Shown here one piece after another: positions 39,179 through 51,084 of a DNA stretch of 64,000 nt (the first letter of the stretch is position 1; every line of letters begins with the position of its first letter). A model generated the notes under the pieces. It was not told the origin of the DNA and did no database searches. It was given only the letters and a program-made list of their open reading frames with translations. The position numbers and the translations under genes are program-made. The stretch is from Lama glama. Taxonomy: Eukaryota. Location: contig CM052816.1 of NCBI GenBank assembly GCA_028534125.1, forward strand, positions 1,922,001-1,986,000, written 5' to 3'.

Positions 39179-42100
39179 GTTAGATGAAGGAATTGTAAAA
39201 TGAATTTTATCATTATATACTCAGCTTTTAATTCTGACAGGAATAAAATTGACCCATTTTGGTGTGTGATACCATTTTCTTTTTTTGAACATTATCAAAT
39301 CCAGCATAAAATATTTAGTAGGTGGTCAGAAAGAAGCTGAAGAGAGAAGTGGGATGGCAGGGTGGCAGAGAAGGTTTGAAAAACGAAACCCTGGGGAAAT
39401 GAACTATTCAGTGGCTAGCACAGTTCTTAGGGTGTGGTGGGTACTTGGTTCAGGTGTTTGAACATTTCAGTGTCTGGGAATCTCTTAAATTGAACAGTGC
39501 CTTTTGTTTGCACATATTGCATAAGATAACTTGGAGGCCTTACCACTTTGTTCTGTGTAAAAATGGATTAAGTTACTTTGGTTCAAGTGGTCAGAATGTA
39601 CAGATTGTTCCAAGGTTGCTCAGTGACTCAGCCAGGTTGCTTAAGAGGCTGCTGGAAATAAAGGTCTTTAATCAGGTGATGAATTGGTAAGCTCCTAGAT
39701 TTTGTTGTTATTATTATTTTTTTTATAACTCATATGCTTTTCTTTATAGCAAAATTTCTCCAATTGTAAGGTGTCCCTGGGGCTCTTTTTATACATTTCA
39801 CATATTCATTATGCCCCAAAATCGTTACAGTCAGAGGAGAGTAGGCAAGCATAGGAGGTGTGGAAAAGTGGATTTTCAGAGTGCTTGGCTTATTAGTGCT
39901 CAGGGCTAACTGTCCGCATTGCACAAGTTGCACAAGTGAAAAAAGAACTTTGAGAAGGGGAAGATTTTATTCAGTCACAGGTAAAAGGCAGGAATTCTTG
40001 CTTCTGACCAAGTAAATACATTCTCCCATTGCAATCTTATAAATTGAAAAATTCTAATACTGCTTTTGAATATCTCATCTGATTCAGTCTTAAAAATAGC
40101 TATAAAATTTTGTTAAAATTAAGAATTTCATGGCTCTTGCCTTGGACTAAATTTTGGCCTAAAATGACTAGTGGAATTTTGGATAATTCCTTCTCGGGAT
40201 CCTTCTGACTTAGGTTCACTGTCTTGTTTTTGTTTGTTTGTTTTTGTGTTGTAAGTAAACTACTCTGTTGAGACCCAGTACCCAAGAATTTTCACTGCCA
40301 GCATGAGATACCCTGAAGTTGTACATAACTTAGATACAGAGATTTTTGTTAATGTTGTTGCTGTTTTCTTTAGTTTTTTTTGTATAGTTTGGGATGCAGT
40401 GCCCAGATTCTTCTCTCAGAAGGGACAGCTCAGTAGCAGCTGCTTGGCAAGACTAATAGTTTAGCCTTCACCAAAGCCACTGCCTGGCTCTGGCATGCCA
40501 AGCTCAGCTAGCCCAAAGAGGGACTGTAGACTTTGTGGGCCTGGCTGTCTTTACTAAGGTGGGGCTTATTGGGGAGTCAGCCAAACAGAAAGATTCTGAA
40601 GATTGTCTTGGGAGACAGGAGTTGAGCAGAGGGGAGAGGGTCTAAGGTGCCTAGGGAAGACGTTAATTTCTGTGGTAGGATGATTGAGCCAGTGTCTCAG
40701 GCTGGGCAGTAATGGGGGAGGTTGTGGCATTGAAAGAGAGCTATTCGTTGGGTCTTAGAGGAGGGCATAGTGGGAGACCTAGTGGAAGGAAACGGCTGAA
40801 CATCAGGATGTGTCATTATGACCTAAGTGTTGATTATTCTGGAATGTAGACCTCCTTTAGTGTCCTATAACAAGTCACAAAGTAATGAAATATGGAAAGT
40901 GAAAACTAAAAAGAAAATCATAAAAAGAATTAGAAAGTTAAGAGGAGACTTAAAAAAAATAACCAAATGAACATAGGGTAGAATAAGAGAAAAGAAAATA
41001 GTTATATTAAACCCTTTTATAATAACCATATAAAATAGAATGAGAGGTAAAATAAATAAAATAAATGATATTTAAAATAAAAAGTAAAAAGCAGAAAGAA
41101 CTAGTGAAATGAAAAAGTGAAAAATGGATTGAAAATTCAATAAAATTTTGAAAAAAATGTCACAACATAGTATATTTTTCTTACAGAGTTTATCACAATT
41201 GTAATTAAATAATTGTTAGGATAAGTACGTGTTAAATGTGTGTCTCCCCTTCATGTGTTGTGATGTGTAAGCTATGCTAATAGCAACTATATCTTTCTTG
41301 TCTATTGCAGTATCCCCAGGGCCTTGCAGTGTGCTAACAACGTGTATACAGCAAATTCTTTTTTTCCTTCAGTTTTAAAAAAAATTGAAATATAATCGAT
41401 TTACAATATTGTGTGCAGATTCTTTCTGAGTTAAAAAAGTATAGAGAATGTTAATTTTCCTTAAAAGTTTTGTTATGTGAAATTAGAATTTAAGATAAGA
41501 GACTAAAGAAAGGCCAAGAGATTTTTGAAAAGAGAGTAAACTAAAGTAGGCTAGTAAATAAAGTGAAACAATTAACACATGTCTGAGCAATAAGAAGTTC
41601 TTGAGAAATGTTGAGTGTGCTGAGTTTTATTGTAAAACATCAATAATATGACAAGAGCAGAGAGAAAACCCGACACGGAACTGGCCTCTGCCATCTCCTC
41701 CCCTCGCTCCTCGTTGTGAGAGCTCCTGAGACTGAGGCCCCTTCCGGCTTTTCCCTGTGGAATAGTGCTCCTGTAGGTGCCCCTTTTTCACTGAGGTGGA
41801 ATTCACATCACAGAATTACCCTTTAAAAGTGGACAGTTCAGCGGCGTGTAGTTCGTTCGTTGTACGCAACCGTCAGCATTGTCTAATTCCAAAACATTCT
41901 CATCCTCCCGGAATGAAACCCGCCCCCGGCAAGCACCATTCTGCTTTCTGTCTTTATGGGTTTTCCCAGGCCTCTTTTTAAACTGGATCTATTTGAGAGG
42001 TACATGCTGTGGCCAAAAAGAAATTATTTGGCTTTAAAGGCCTAGATACTACTGGGACTCAGAGCTCTTTTAAAGATAAGTTTATTTCTTTAATAGCATT

Positions 42101-42298
42101 TTCAAAGACTTCATAATTATAAGTGGTGTTTATATGTGTATTTTATTTTAAACTTCATAATTCTCTTTTAATTCTTTAGCTTTCTATCCTAAAACTAAAT
42201 AAACTATAATAATTACACCGATGGTTCCCTCTAGTGACCTAGTAATCAGATATTTATATGTCATTAGCACATGTAGTATTTGTGTCTCTACATTAAAA

Positions 42299-42501
42299 TA
42301 GGGTTTCAACCACTGACCTTCTGGACTGATAATTCTTTGTTGTGGGAGCTGTCCTGTGCACTGTAGAATGTTTTGGTAACATCTTGGCTTGGGTGCCGGT
42401 AACACCCCGCCAACCCTTCCAAGTTGTGACAACTAAAAATGTCTCCAGAGATTGCAGAATGTCCCCTCGGGGGCAGAATCATCCCTGGTTGACAACCACT
42501 G
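42299..42501. mobile_element. MER20 (hAT-Charlie)
   Basis: ataattctttgttgtggg.gctgtcctgtgcactgtag...gttgtgacaactaaaaatgtctccaga...caaccactg. Confidence 0.8.
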
Positions 42502-43711
42502 CATTAGAATCATTCCTCTTGAGAATTTGACTTTCTCTTTCAGTAGAAAGAGACTGTTAATACATTATTTGTTAGAAATAGTCATCTTGGAGTGACAGAG
42601 GAGAATTGCTAAATCACCTAAGAAGCTTAGTCATTCATTGATTTTTTTTTTGTAATTGTTCCCAAAACTACTTTAAATTTTTTATTTTAGTTTTTAATTT
42701 TGATTTTTGGCAGTACTCTCCTTCCTGATTATGTAAGGGTCATTTTTTGTATTGGCTGTGTTATGCTAAAGAAGTTCAGCTTGATTGCCTAATAGGAGGT
42801 AATTTCATGGAAAAAGTAAATACAGCCATATGAGTTTTTCAGAAATACTTGAAATGTTCAAACTGTACAGTGAATAGCGTTCAGTGATGAAGAAGAGAGG
42901 GAGAATTTTTTTAACACAGATTTTTCTACTTTGATGTCAAAAGAACTTAAGACAACCCTGTTCTAGTGTTACCACTAAACTTACTGATAAGAAATTAAAT
43001 TCTCCCTTTCTGTGCTTCCTGCCTGTGCCCTAAAAGTTCTGTTTTCTCAGACTGTGAAGGCTCTTTGGCCACTACTTAAATCTTAAATCACTACTTAATC
43101 TTAAATTACTTCTCAGCAATTAATGTCAAATAAATTAAATTTAAAAAGGAGTGTTTGATTTGATGTAAAATTTATTTCAAAATGATTTGTCGGCTACTTA
43201 AATATTATAATTCTAATTATAGTTTTCCTGTAGACTTGAAAGTGACAGTCTTTGAGGATTTCCCTGCCTCAAGCCAGTTTTCTATTTTGTGGTTTTACCT
43301 GTAACTAATTAAGTATAATTGGGGACAAAACTTTGGGGAAAAATAAGACAGTAGGGGTGATGGAAGCTAGCCAAAAGAGGGGAAATTTAATGTAGTAGTA
43401 CTAGGTGTTATCAGTTAAGTAGTAGGGTTGAGAGATGGCTTCTCAACTGGCTTCTTACGGGCCTCAATTATTTAATAAGGCCATGGGAAGAAATAAAACC
43501 GCACAAAAGTGGAGCTTTGGCTGTCTTTTTTGCATAGTTAAGTTCATCCCTGTATAATTTTATGTACCTAAATTTTTCCTTAGTACAGATTGCAGAGAGG
43601 TGTTATTAACGTAATACGTGTTTTACAAGAATATTGTGCTTTAGCTGCTTCTCTCTCCCCTAATGTACTTGGAACATACCTGATAACATTCTTACCATTT
43701 TATTTATTTAG

Positions 43712-43803
43712 GGACTATGTTAGGAGTGAACTGGAGTCCGCCTATGAAGGACCAATGTATTTAGAACCTCTCTCCATGAATCGGTTTACCACAGCCTTAA
43801 TAG
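43712..43803 (+). CDS. RNF145: RNF145 coding exon 3
   Basis: tttag/G GAC TAT gives DYVRSELESAYEGPMYLEPLSMNRFTTALI(G); donor TAG/gtaagt; 92 nt. Confidence 0.96.
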
Positions 43804-44547
43804 GTAAGTATCATAAAAGAATTATAAGTGTAGATAGGAACCAACCAGTCTTAATTACTGTCTTATAAAATTGGTGCATACTTAATACAAAAAAATTTCG
43901 AAGACTCACTCTTTCAGAATACAGCCATTGTTAAATGTTATATTTTCGTATTAGTCTTTTTTTCCCCTTTCATAGGTGTTTCTTATTTTGTGTATTTATA
44001 GTCGCAAGTGGCTTATAGTTGCTTGTGTTTTTTTAAGGGTATTTTAAGTTTTGGGGAGATTAATTTTTAAATAAAGCTGAGTATTACTTTGTGAGATTAA
44101 GATGCAGTATGTAATGTCTTAATGTTATTTATTGTTGCTGAAAGCCATCACCCTCTAGTCAAAGATAAAGTATCAGAGATGTCAAGAACTTAGACATGAT
44201 TGAAATATTCAGGTAGCAGAATGTTAAAAATAGAAGTGTTGGCTAGGACTCCAAAACGGTATAGATATAGTGCAAAGTGAAGTACCAGGCCAGAGTTGCA
44301 AAAAAGGAAGTGTTGGAGAATACCTGTATGATTCTCAAACTCACTCATGTAGAGGGTGTTAAGGGGTTGAATGTTGGAGTTTGAAGGAGGATTTGTTTAG
44401 AGATCTGTTTTCTCTAAAATACCTCCTCATCCCTTCACATTTGAACAATTTAGTGTTGGACCATTTGAAGATTCATATGTTTTTTGTGGCTTGGTAGGAT
44501 ACTGCGGACTGGTGTCTGACCTGGGCTACAAAGTCTAAATTTGCATG

Positions 44548-44830
44548 GTCCAAAACCACATGTGGCTCATGAGCATTTGAAATGTGACTAGTCCAAATTA
44601 AGATATACTTTAAGTGTGAAACACACCCAGTTTCTCAGACTTAGTACAAAGAAAGGCTGCAAAATGTCTTGTTAATTTTTTTAATATAGATTGGATGTGT
44701 GACAATATTTGGGTATATTAGGTTAAATAAAGTATGTTGTTAATTAATTTTACTTGCTTTTTTTACTTCATGAAATAATGCTACCAGAATATTAAAAATT
44801 ATGTATATGGCTCACATTATAATTCTAATC
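44548..44830. mobile_element. MER33/MER3-like hAT element
   Basis: ccacatgtggct...catttgaaatgtgactagt...gacttagtac...atatggctcacattat. Confidence 0.65.
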
Positions 44831-47800
44831 TGATATAGAGGCCAGCAGTGTGCTGGATGGCTGGATGGCTGTTTTTGACTTTGGAGTGAAAGTGTCTCAT
44901 GGGGTTTCTCCTGTGTCATCTAATCCATGTAAGCAAAGGATATTAGTTTCCTGTGGACTAGATGAGGGCCGCAAGAGTCCATGGGATTTTCTTAGGTCCT
45001 TCTGAGAGGGCCCTTAAAAGGACAAGAAGACTCCAACAGGGATTGAACTTCCAGATTCCCAGGAGCTGAGGAAAGAGCCAAAAACAGCCAGAGGCCGGTG
45101 TAGAACAAGCATCAAGGGTACTGCAGGTGAGAGAGGCACCAGTGACGGAACAGTCAGAGGAACCCATACAGTGCCCAGGAGAAAGGAGGTCTGTGTAAAT
45201 ACCCCAACTCTAGGGAGCACCAGCACCATATGTTTGTAAGAATATAGTCGAGTAAGAATTTCCTGCTTCCCTCCCTGCTTAAATCTTGGTTAAATCAGGG
45301 AGAGAGTGAAATGGTGCTGGCAGAGAAAGAGGAAGAAGTTTGCTCCACCCGCTCTCACAATTGCGGGTTTTCAGTGATCCCGTAGGAGGCCTGAGCTGGA
45401 GTCAAGGAAAAGCCTCAAGTTTAAATCAGTTTCAGAGTTTTGTTTATTATCACATTGAGACTGTGGAACCTGTGCTAGATCAGAAGAGTTATGGGACTTG
45501 CCTTCGGGGCAGGAGAACACTAGTCGTCACAGAGTGGGTTTTAAGACAGTAGGACACAAAAATGATGTTGCTTTATGGCTATGTCCTGTCAGTTGATGTA
45601 TTCAATAATGGTAACATCCAAGTATGAAAATATTTGCTAGGTTACAAAGCTCATATTCTCTTTTATTTTGTGATGGATGCAATTTAGTGTAAATCTGTAT
45701 ATTTCCTTAAAAGTTTTCCTGTCAGCGGTTATGACAGTGTGTTTACTCAACTAAGACTCGGTCAGTTAGAAGCAAAACAAAATCCATAAACTATTAAGTA
45801 GCATTTTTTTCTTTAGACTTTGATTTTAAAGTAACTTTCTACTCTATTTCTTCCATTTAACTAATGAACTTTTAATGAAAGACTAAGTAATTTGAATATG
45901 CCATCATTTCTTAGGGTCACAGACTTCTTATGGTGGAATCTGGAAATCCAATTGTGATTTTGATTTATTCAGAACTGTCATTTGGAATAGGCACATTGAA
46001 TTAAACAACTTCTATTCTTCTGGAGCTATATGAGAGAATTCCGCTAACAGTGTGACTCCTTCCTTCTTTCACCTAAATAGGAGGAGGAGCCTTCTCTTAG
46101 AATCACAGCATATGAGTCATATGCTTCTGAGAAAGAAGATAAATGAACCCCAGAGCTGAGCACTGAATGTGCTGGCCTAGACTTTTGGAAATTCTCAGAG
46201 CTTAGGGGAAGTTTACATCATGCTGAACAAGGAAATTTCAGTATCGTAGTTATGAATACAGTGAAAGTAAGATATGCCAGAATGAAAATTCATAATTATT
46301 CCTAGTATTAAAGCATTTCCTACATGGACTTTATTTCTTTCAGAGTTTTAGCTAATTCTTTAATCAAAGAGATATACTTAACTTTCAAAAGTCAAGAAAT
46401 AGCACAATTTTATGAAGAAAACCAGCTCTCTCCTGTAGCATGCCCTTTCCCTCTCAGGTATCGTCCCCCAGAGGCCTCTCTCCTTTCAGCGCACCATCAT
46501 GTTTTCCTTGCTGTTCTCTCTTCTGCCCTTTTCTGGAAATCCTGTTAACTGGATAAGGTTCCTTCTGCATTGAGCTTCTAACTTTCTTCCTGTTCTAATT
46601 TCCTTTTCTCTTTCTTCTTCTCTCTCTCTGTCTTTTGTTTTACTTTCTGCAATTCCCCAACCTTATATTCCAGCCCTTTTGTTGTTGCTATATATTTTTA
46701 ATATTCTGGAGCTTGTTTGCTTTTAATTATGACAGTCTTTTGACTTTCTTAGATATGTCATTTATTTCATTAAATAAATTTTGTTCCTAGATTTCTCTCC
46801 ATTTCCTCTAAAATCTTTTTTCTATTTGTTTTGGTCTTTTCGAAGGGAGACAGCAGTATTTCTTGAGCTTGGATTAGAATCAGCTGGTTATATTAAATTA
46901 AAAAATCATAAACACTGATGCCTAGACCCCATCTGAGGCTGATAAACCATAAGTTTTACATAAATATCAGGGGTCCTTTTTTAATCACTTGTGTTAAAAT
47001 GAGTTAAGTTGTTGATTAGAATCTTTTTAAGCCTTGCCACCTGGTGTGTTTCACAGTTGGTGTTCAGGTGGGGCTGGCTGTTTCGGGGGGGACCCCTAAG
47101 TGTGCGTATTTGTAGGACTTTTCACTTGAACTTGAGTCAGTTTCCCCAAAGAGGAATCTGTTTATTCCCCGTAAAGAAGGCTGGTATTGGCAACTAGAGC
47201 TGGATGTTGATAAATGTGGCAGCAGTGTTTGCATATCTAGAGAGATCTTATCTTTCTGGGTGCAGACTTTTATTTAATCTCCTCACTCCATTTGGGCACC
47301 GCACCTCACCTCTGCCCTCGGTTGTGCGTGGTGTCCAGGAGCCTGTTTCAGCCTCTCCAGAGAGCAAATTTCAGTCTTCTTCCCAGGTCAGGAAAGAGTA
47401 GTGGCCTGGCTGAAATCACAGCTGGTTGCCTATATTGCTTTGTTTTCTATCCCCTAAAATTTTGTTGACCTGTCTAACTAGGTGGCCTCTCCTCTCAGTT
47501 TTCTTTATTGTTAGAAGTTTTCCTCTTTTTTATGCCTTTTTGAATGTTTTTCACGTGACTTGCATATCAGTTCTTTAAATGCTAAAATTAATACTTTGTG
47601 GGAGAAAATACCACATGTATTACAGTAGATTGTTAATAAATGTTAAGCTTGTGTGAAAATTGTTGCCATTTTTGTAGTCTATCAATAATATGGATAGAAC
47701 ACCAATTAAAATTTAAAAATATTGTTTTGCTTTTTATTGCCAAAAAGGAAGAGAATTTGATTCTTAAATTACTTTGGAAGATAACACATTCTAGAATTTC

Positions 47801-48002
47801 TAGGAAATTCTGAAAGGAGTGATGAGAGGAGACTTGTCCAGTCAGTGAAATGGGATAGTGTGGTACTGTCTTCAGAGGAGATCACTGGAAAAAGAGTAGC
47901 AAGTTCCGACACAGACACAAACATAAAGAAGATTTCGAAGTATACTAATGTGGCGTTTCAAATTAATAAGAAAATAGTTGGATGATTCCAGTAGCTAGTT
48001 TT

Positions 48003-48200
48003 TTTTTTTTTATCAAACTTATCAATATATATATTTTTTATCAATGGGTCAGTGCATGTACATTTAGAAGACAAGGGATAATTCACTCATTGTCATACAG
48101 AGTTAGCATTTAGATGACCATCTTTCGGTATTTTTCTAGGAGTAAGTTTTTTTTTTTTTTTTTTACATTTTTATTCATTCATAATCATTTTACAGTGTTG
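48003..48200 (-). mobile_element. TSD-bounded L1-mediated insertion with two poly-A tails (3' transduction), nested in an old + strand L1 (~47700-49300)
   Basis: 17-bp TSD TTCCAGTAGCTAGTTTT at 47986-48002 and 48201-48217; T-runs at 47999-48011 and 48147-48164; L1-like 3' terminus at 48165-48200. Confidence 0.8.
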
Positions 48201-49868
48201 TTCCAGTAGCTAGTTTTGAGACAACTGACTGTGCATCTGGAAGAACAAACTTAAATCTTTACTTTTTATCTTACTCTAAACAAATTCCAGATATATTAAT
48301 TCTTAAATTAAAGAATGCTAAAAGAAAATATAAGTACTTGTATAATCCTGAGCAGGGAGAGCCATGTAATTAGCCATGGCACCAGAAGTAGAAACCGTTA
48401 AGGGTTTGACTCTTTATAAGAGAAAAAAAGTTATTAAAATATTCAGATGACACATTGTGAAAATGTAGTTATATGATGAAAGAAATTAATATCTTAACCA
48501 AACAATAGAAGACCACATATCCTAGCAGAAGAATGGGCAAAGAATGTGAACATGCGTTTTTGCCAAATAATTGCAGGTCCTTTTATATACTTACTGGTAA
48601 TGTTCAATGCCACTGGTAATTGACAAAATACAAATGAAAAAGCTTAGGGAATATTCCCTGCTCTTTCCTTCCTTAAATTATTTTCACTGTTGGCAAGTCA
48701 GTGGGAAAATGGGCACCTTGTTCACTGGGTGTTTTGTTTCTGTAGGGCAATTGACAGTATATGTCAAAAGCCTTAAAAAAAAAAGTTCTGTTCTGACTCA
48801 GTAATCCTACTTGCAGGAATTTAGGATATGTGCTCCAAGTAGTTTATGCAAGGATATCATAAATGTACAAACTTTTTCATAACAAAGCATTTTATAATTA
48901 TAAAATATTTGGAAATAGCCAAATGCTAATATTATGTCATACACATTTAGTGTAATATGCCATAACTAAGAAAACCCCATGTATGTATATTTATTAGAGA
49001 GATACATGCATAGTATGTATTAAATGAAAAAAAGCTGATTGTATGTGTACACTATAATCTCCTTTATGTAAAATACTTGTGTATATTCATATATGTAGAA
49101 AATCTGAAAAGGTAACAAATAATATGAATAACTTATTGACTACTGACTAGGTTTCACATACAGTGCTAAGGCTTTACAATGCGATACTTTATTTAAGGAA
49201 CCCAAGATATTAACAGTGCTTCCTTGGGTGATAGGACTGTAGGAGATTGAGGTTTTTTTCCTTTTTACTTCTCTGTATTTTCTAACTTTTCATTATAATC
49301 ATGCATAATCCTCTGTGAGGAGAATTTATTAAACTTTTCAGTTTTAATTTTCATTCTGGAGTCATTTGAAAAGGCATGTGTGGTCTTGTAAAAGCAATTA
49401 AAGATTGAAAACCTCAGAATAAATCTTGTTGCAGCATGATCTTGGACAGGTAACTGTATCTCTTGGATTTTATACTTTCAGTTCTAGATCAGAACAGCTC
49501 AATATTGACGGCCTTTGAGAAGGAGCTAAATATATTCAGTAGTGACTGAATTATTGTAATATTGAATTAGACATTAAAAAAAATCTTTCTGTGTATTATA
49601 TGTGCCATCTGGAATGTGGTAAAGACCAGTGATTGTTTGTGCTGCTTTTTTCAAGTCAGTCTTAGGGAATTGGTGCTCAAAATTCACAGAACATGTACAT
49701 ATGTAATTACGGTCAGATGTTAAAATTTGATTTAAAATATCTAAGAGCTCCTCATCCTCATTAGACGTCTTAGAGGAAAGCTGTGTTATCACCCTTATTG
49801 ACGGTGTTTTTATTTTCATTTTGTGGACGCCAGCTGTCAGAACTAAATGCCTTCTCCTCCCATTGTAG

Positions 49869-50104
49869 GCCAGTTGGTGGTGTGTACTTTATGCTCCTGT
49901 GTCATGAAGACGAAGCAGATTTGGCTCTTCTCGGCCCACATGCTCCCTCTCCTAGCACGCCTCTGCCTTGTTCCTCTGGAGACAATTGTTGTCATCAACA
50001 AATTTGCTATGATTTTTACTGGATTGGAAGTTCTCTATTTTCTTGGGTCTAACCTTCTAGTACCTTATAACCTTGCCAAATCTGCGTACAGAGAGTTGGT
50101 TCAG
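49869..50104 (+). CDS. RNF145: RNF145 coding exon 4
   Basis: tgtag/GC CAG gives GQLVVCTLCSCVMKTKQIWLFSAHMLPLLARLCLVPLETIVVINKFAMIFTGLEVLYFLGSNLLVPYNLAKSAYRELVQ; donor CAG/gtaaga; 236 nt, ends phase 0 (codon 207). Confidence 0.96.
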
Positions 50105-50493
50105 GTAAGACTGACACCACACACAGGTAGATAACATTCTAGTAAACATTAAGTTATTGAAGATTAATTCACTTTTATCTCACAGTCCAGATCATGGTAA
50201 CATTATGTTTGACTATTTCAAAATCACTATTTTCAACCCAGCTAGGAGCATCTGAGGTTCTTTACTAACTTCAGTTGAGTGGCAGGAAAGTGAAGTAAGT
50301 GCTCCTCTGGAAGCAGACCGTCTGGGTTTTCACTCTGGCACTGCAGTTTGCGAGCTGTGTAACCTGGGGCTAGTCACGCAAGTGCCCTTATCTGTAAAGT
50401 GGAACTAATAATAACTGTTGTACGTAACGCATAGGGTAGCCGTGAGATTCAAGTGAATTCAGTGCCAGGCAGAAGATGTTCAATATGTGGTAA

Positions 50494-51084
50494 GGTTGTT
50501 GAAAGATCGGCCCCATCCATGACGAGCCAAATGACTCAGAGACCCGGGTCTTAGAAGAGCTTAGAAGAGAAGAGGCAGCTTTCTTACTTTGCCGGGCAAA
50601 GGGGGCTCACAGCAGGCCAGTGCCTCAAGACTGTGAACCCACCTTGGGGATGGGGTGGGGTGGTTATATAACCATAGCTCAAACAATAAAGCATCCATAA
50701 TAATCAACAGAATCATTTTCTCATCAGAAGACTTTGAGTGGCGCCATGATCCCTTCAGGTGACCAATTCTGTAGAGGCTGTCTATCAGTTAGATCTCTTT
50801 ATCTCGTAAGCATTCAAGGTGTGGTATTGGTATTTAAAAGCCTACTTCGTAAGGTTACAGTTCTGTGACCTTCTCCCTGGAGATGACTCAGAAACCAAGC
50901 ATGATTACAGCTTTGATTACTGGAATAAAGTAGAAACAGTAAGATCAATAGCTTTAGTTTTAGTAATGATCCTGGAACTGTGAGTAGCAACTGGTCAGTC
51001 AAGTCAGTTGACCATTTTAAGGGCAAGCGTAAGAATAAGCAAATCTGTTAGCCTAAGTGCAGCCATTTTATTAACCTTTCTTCA
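50494..51084 (-). mobile_element. Solo ERV1-type LTR inserted into a MIR (~50290-50490)
   Basis: The - strand begins TGAAGAAAGGTTAAT; 4-bp TSD GTAA at 50490-50493 and 51085-51088; the MIR tail resumes after it; 591 bp. Confidence 0.7.

Noticed and set aside
40880..41160. Extremely A-rich 280-bp tract
   Set aside because: Low complexity with no periodicity or ORF; nothing supports a function.
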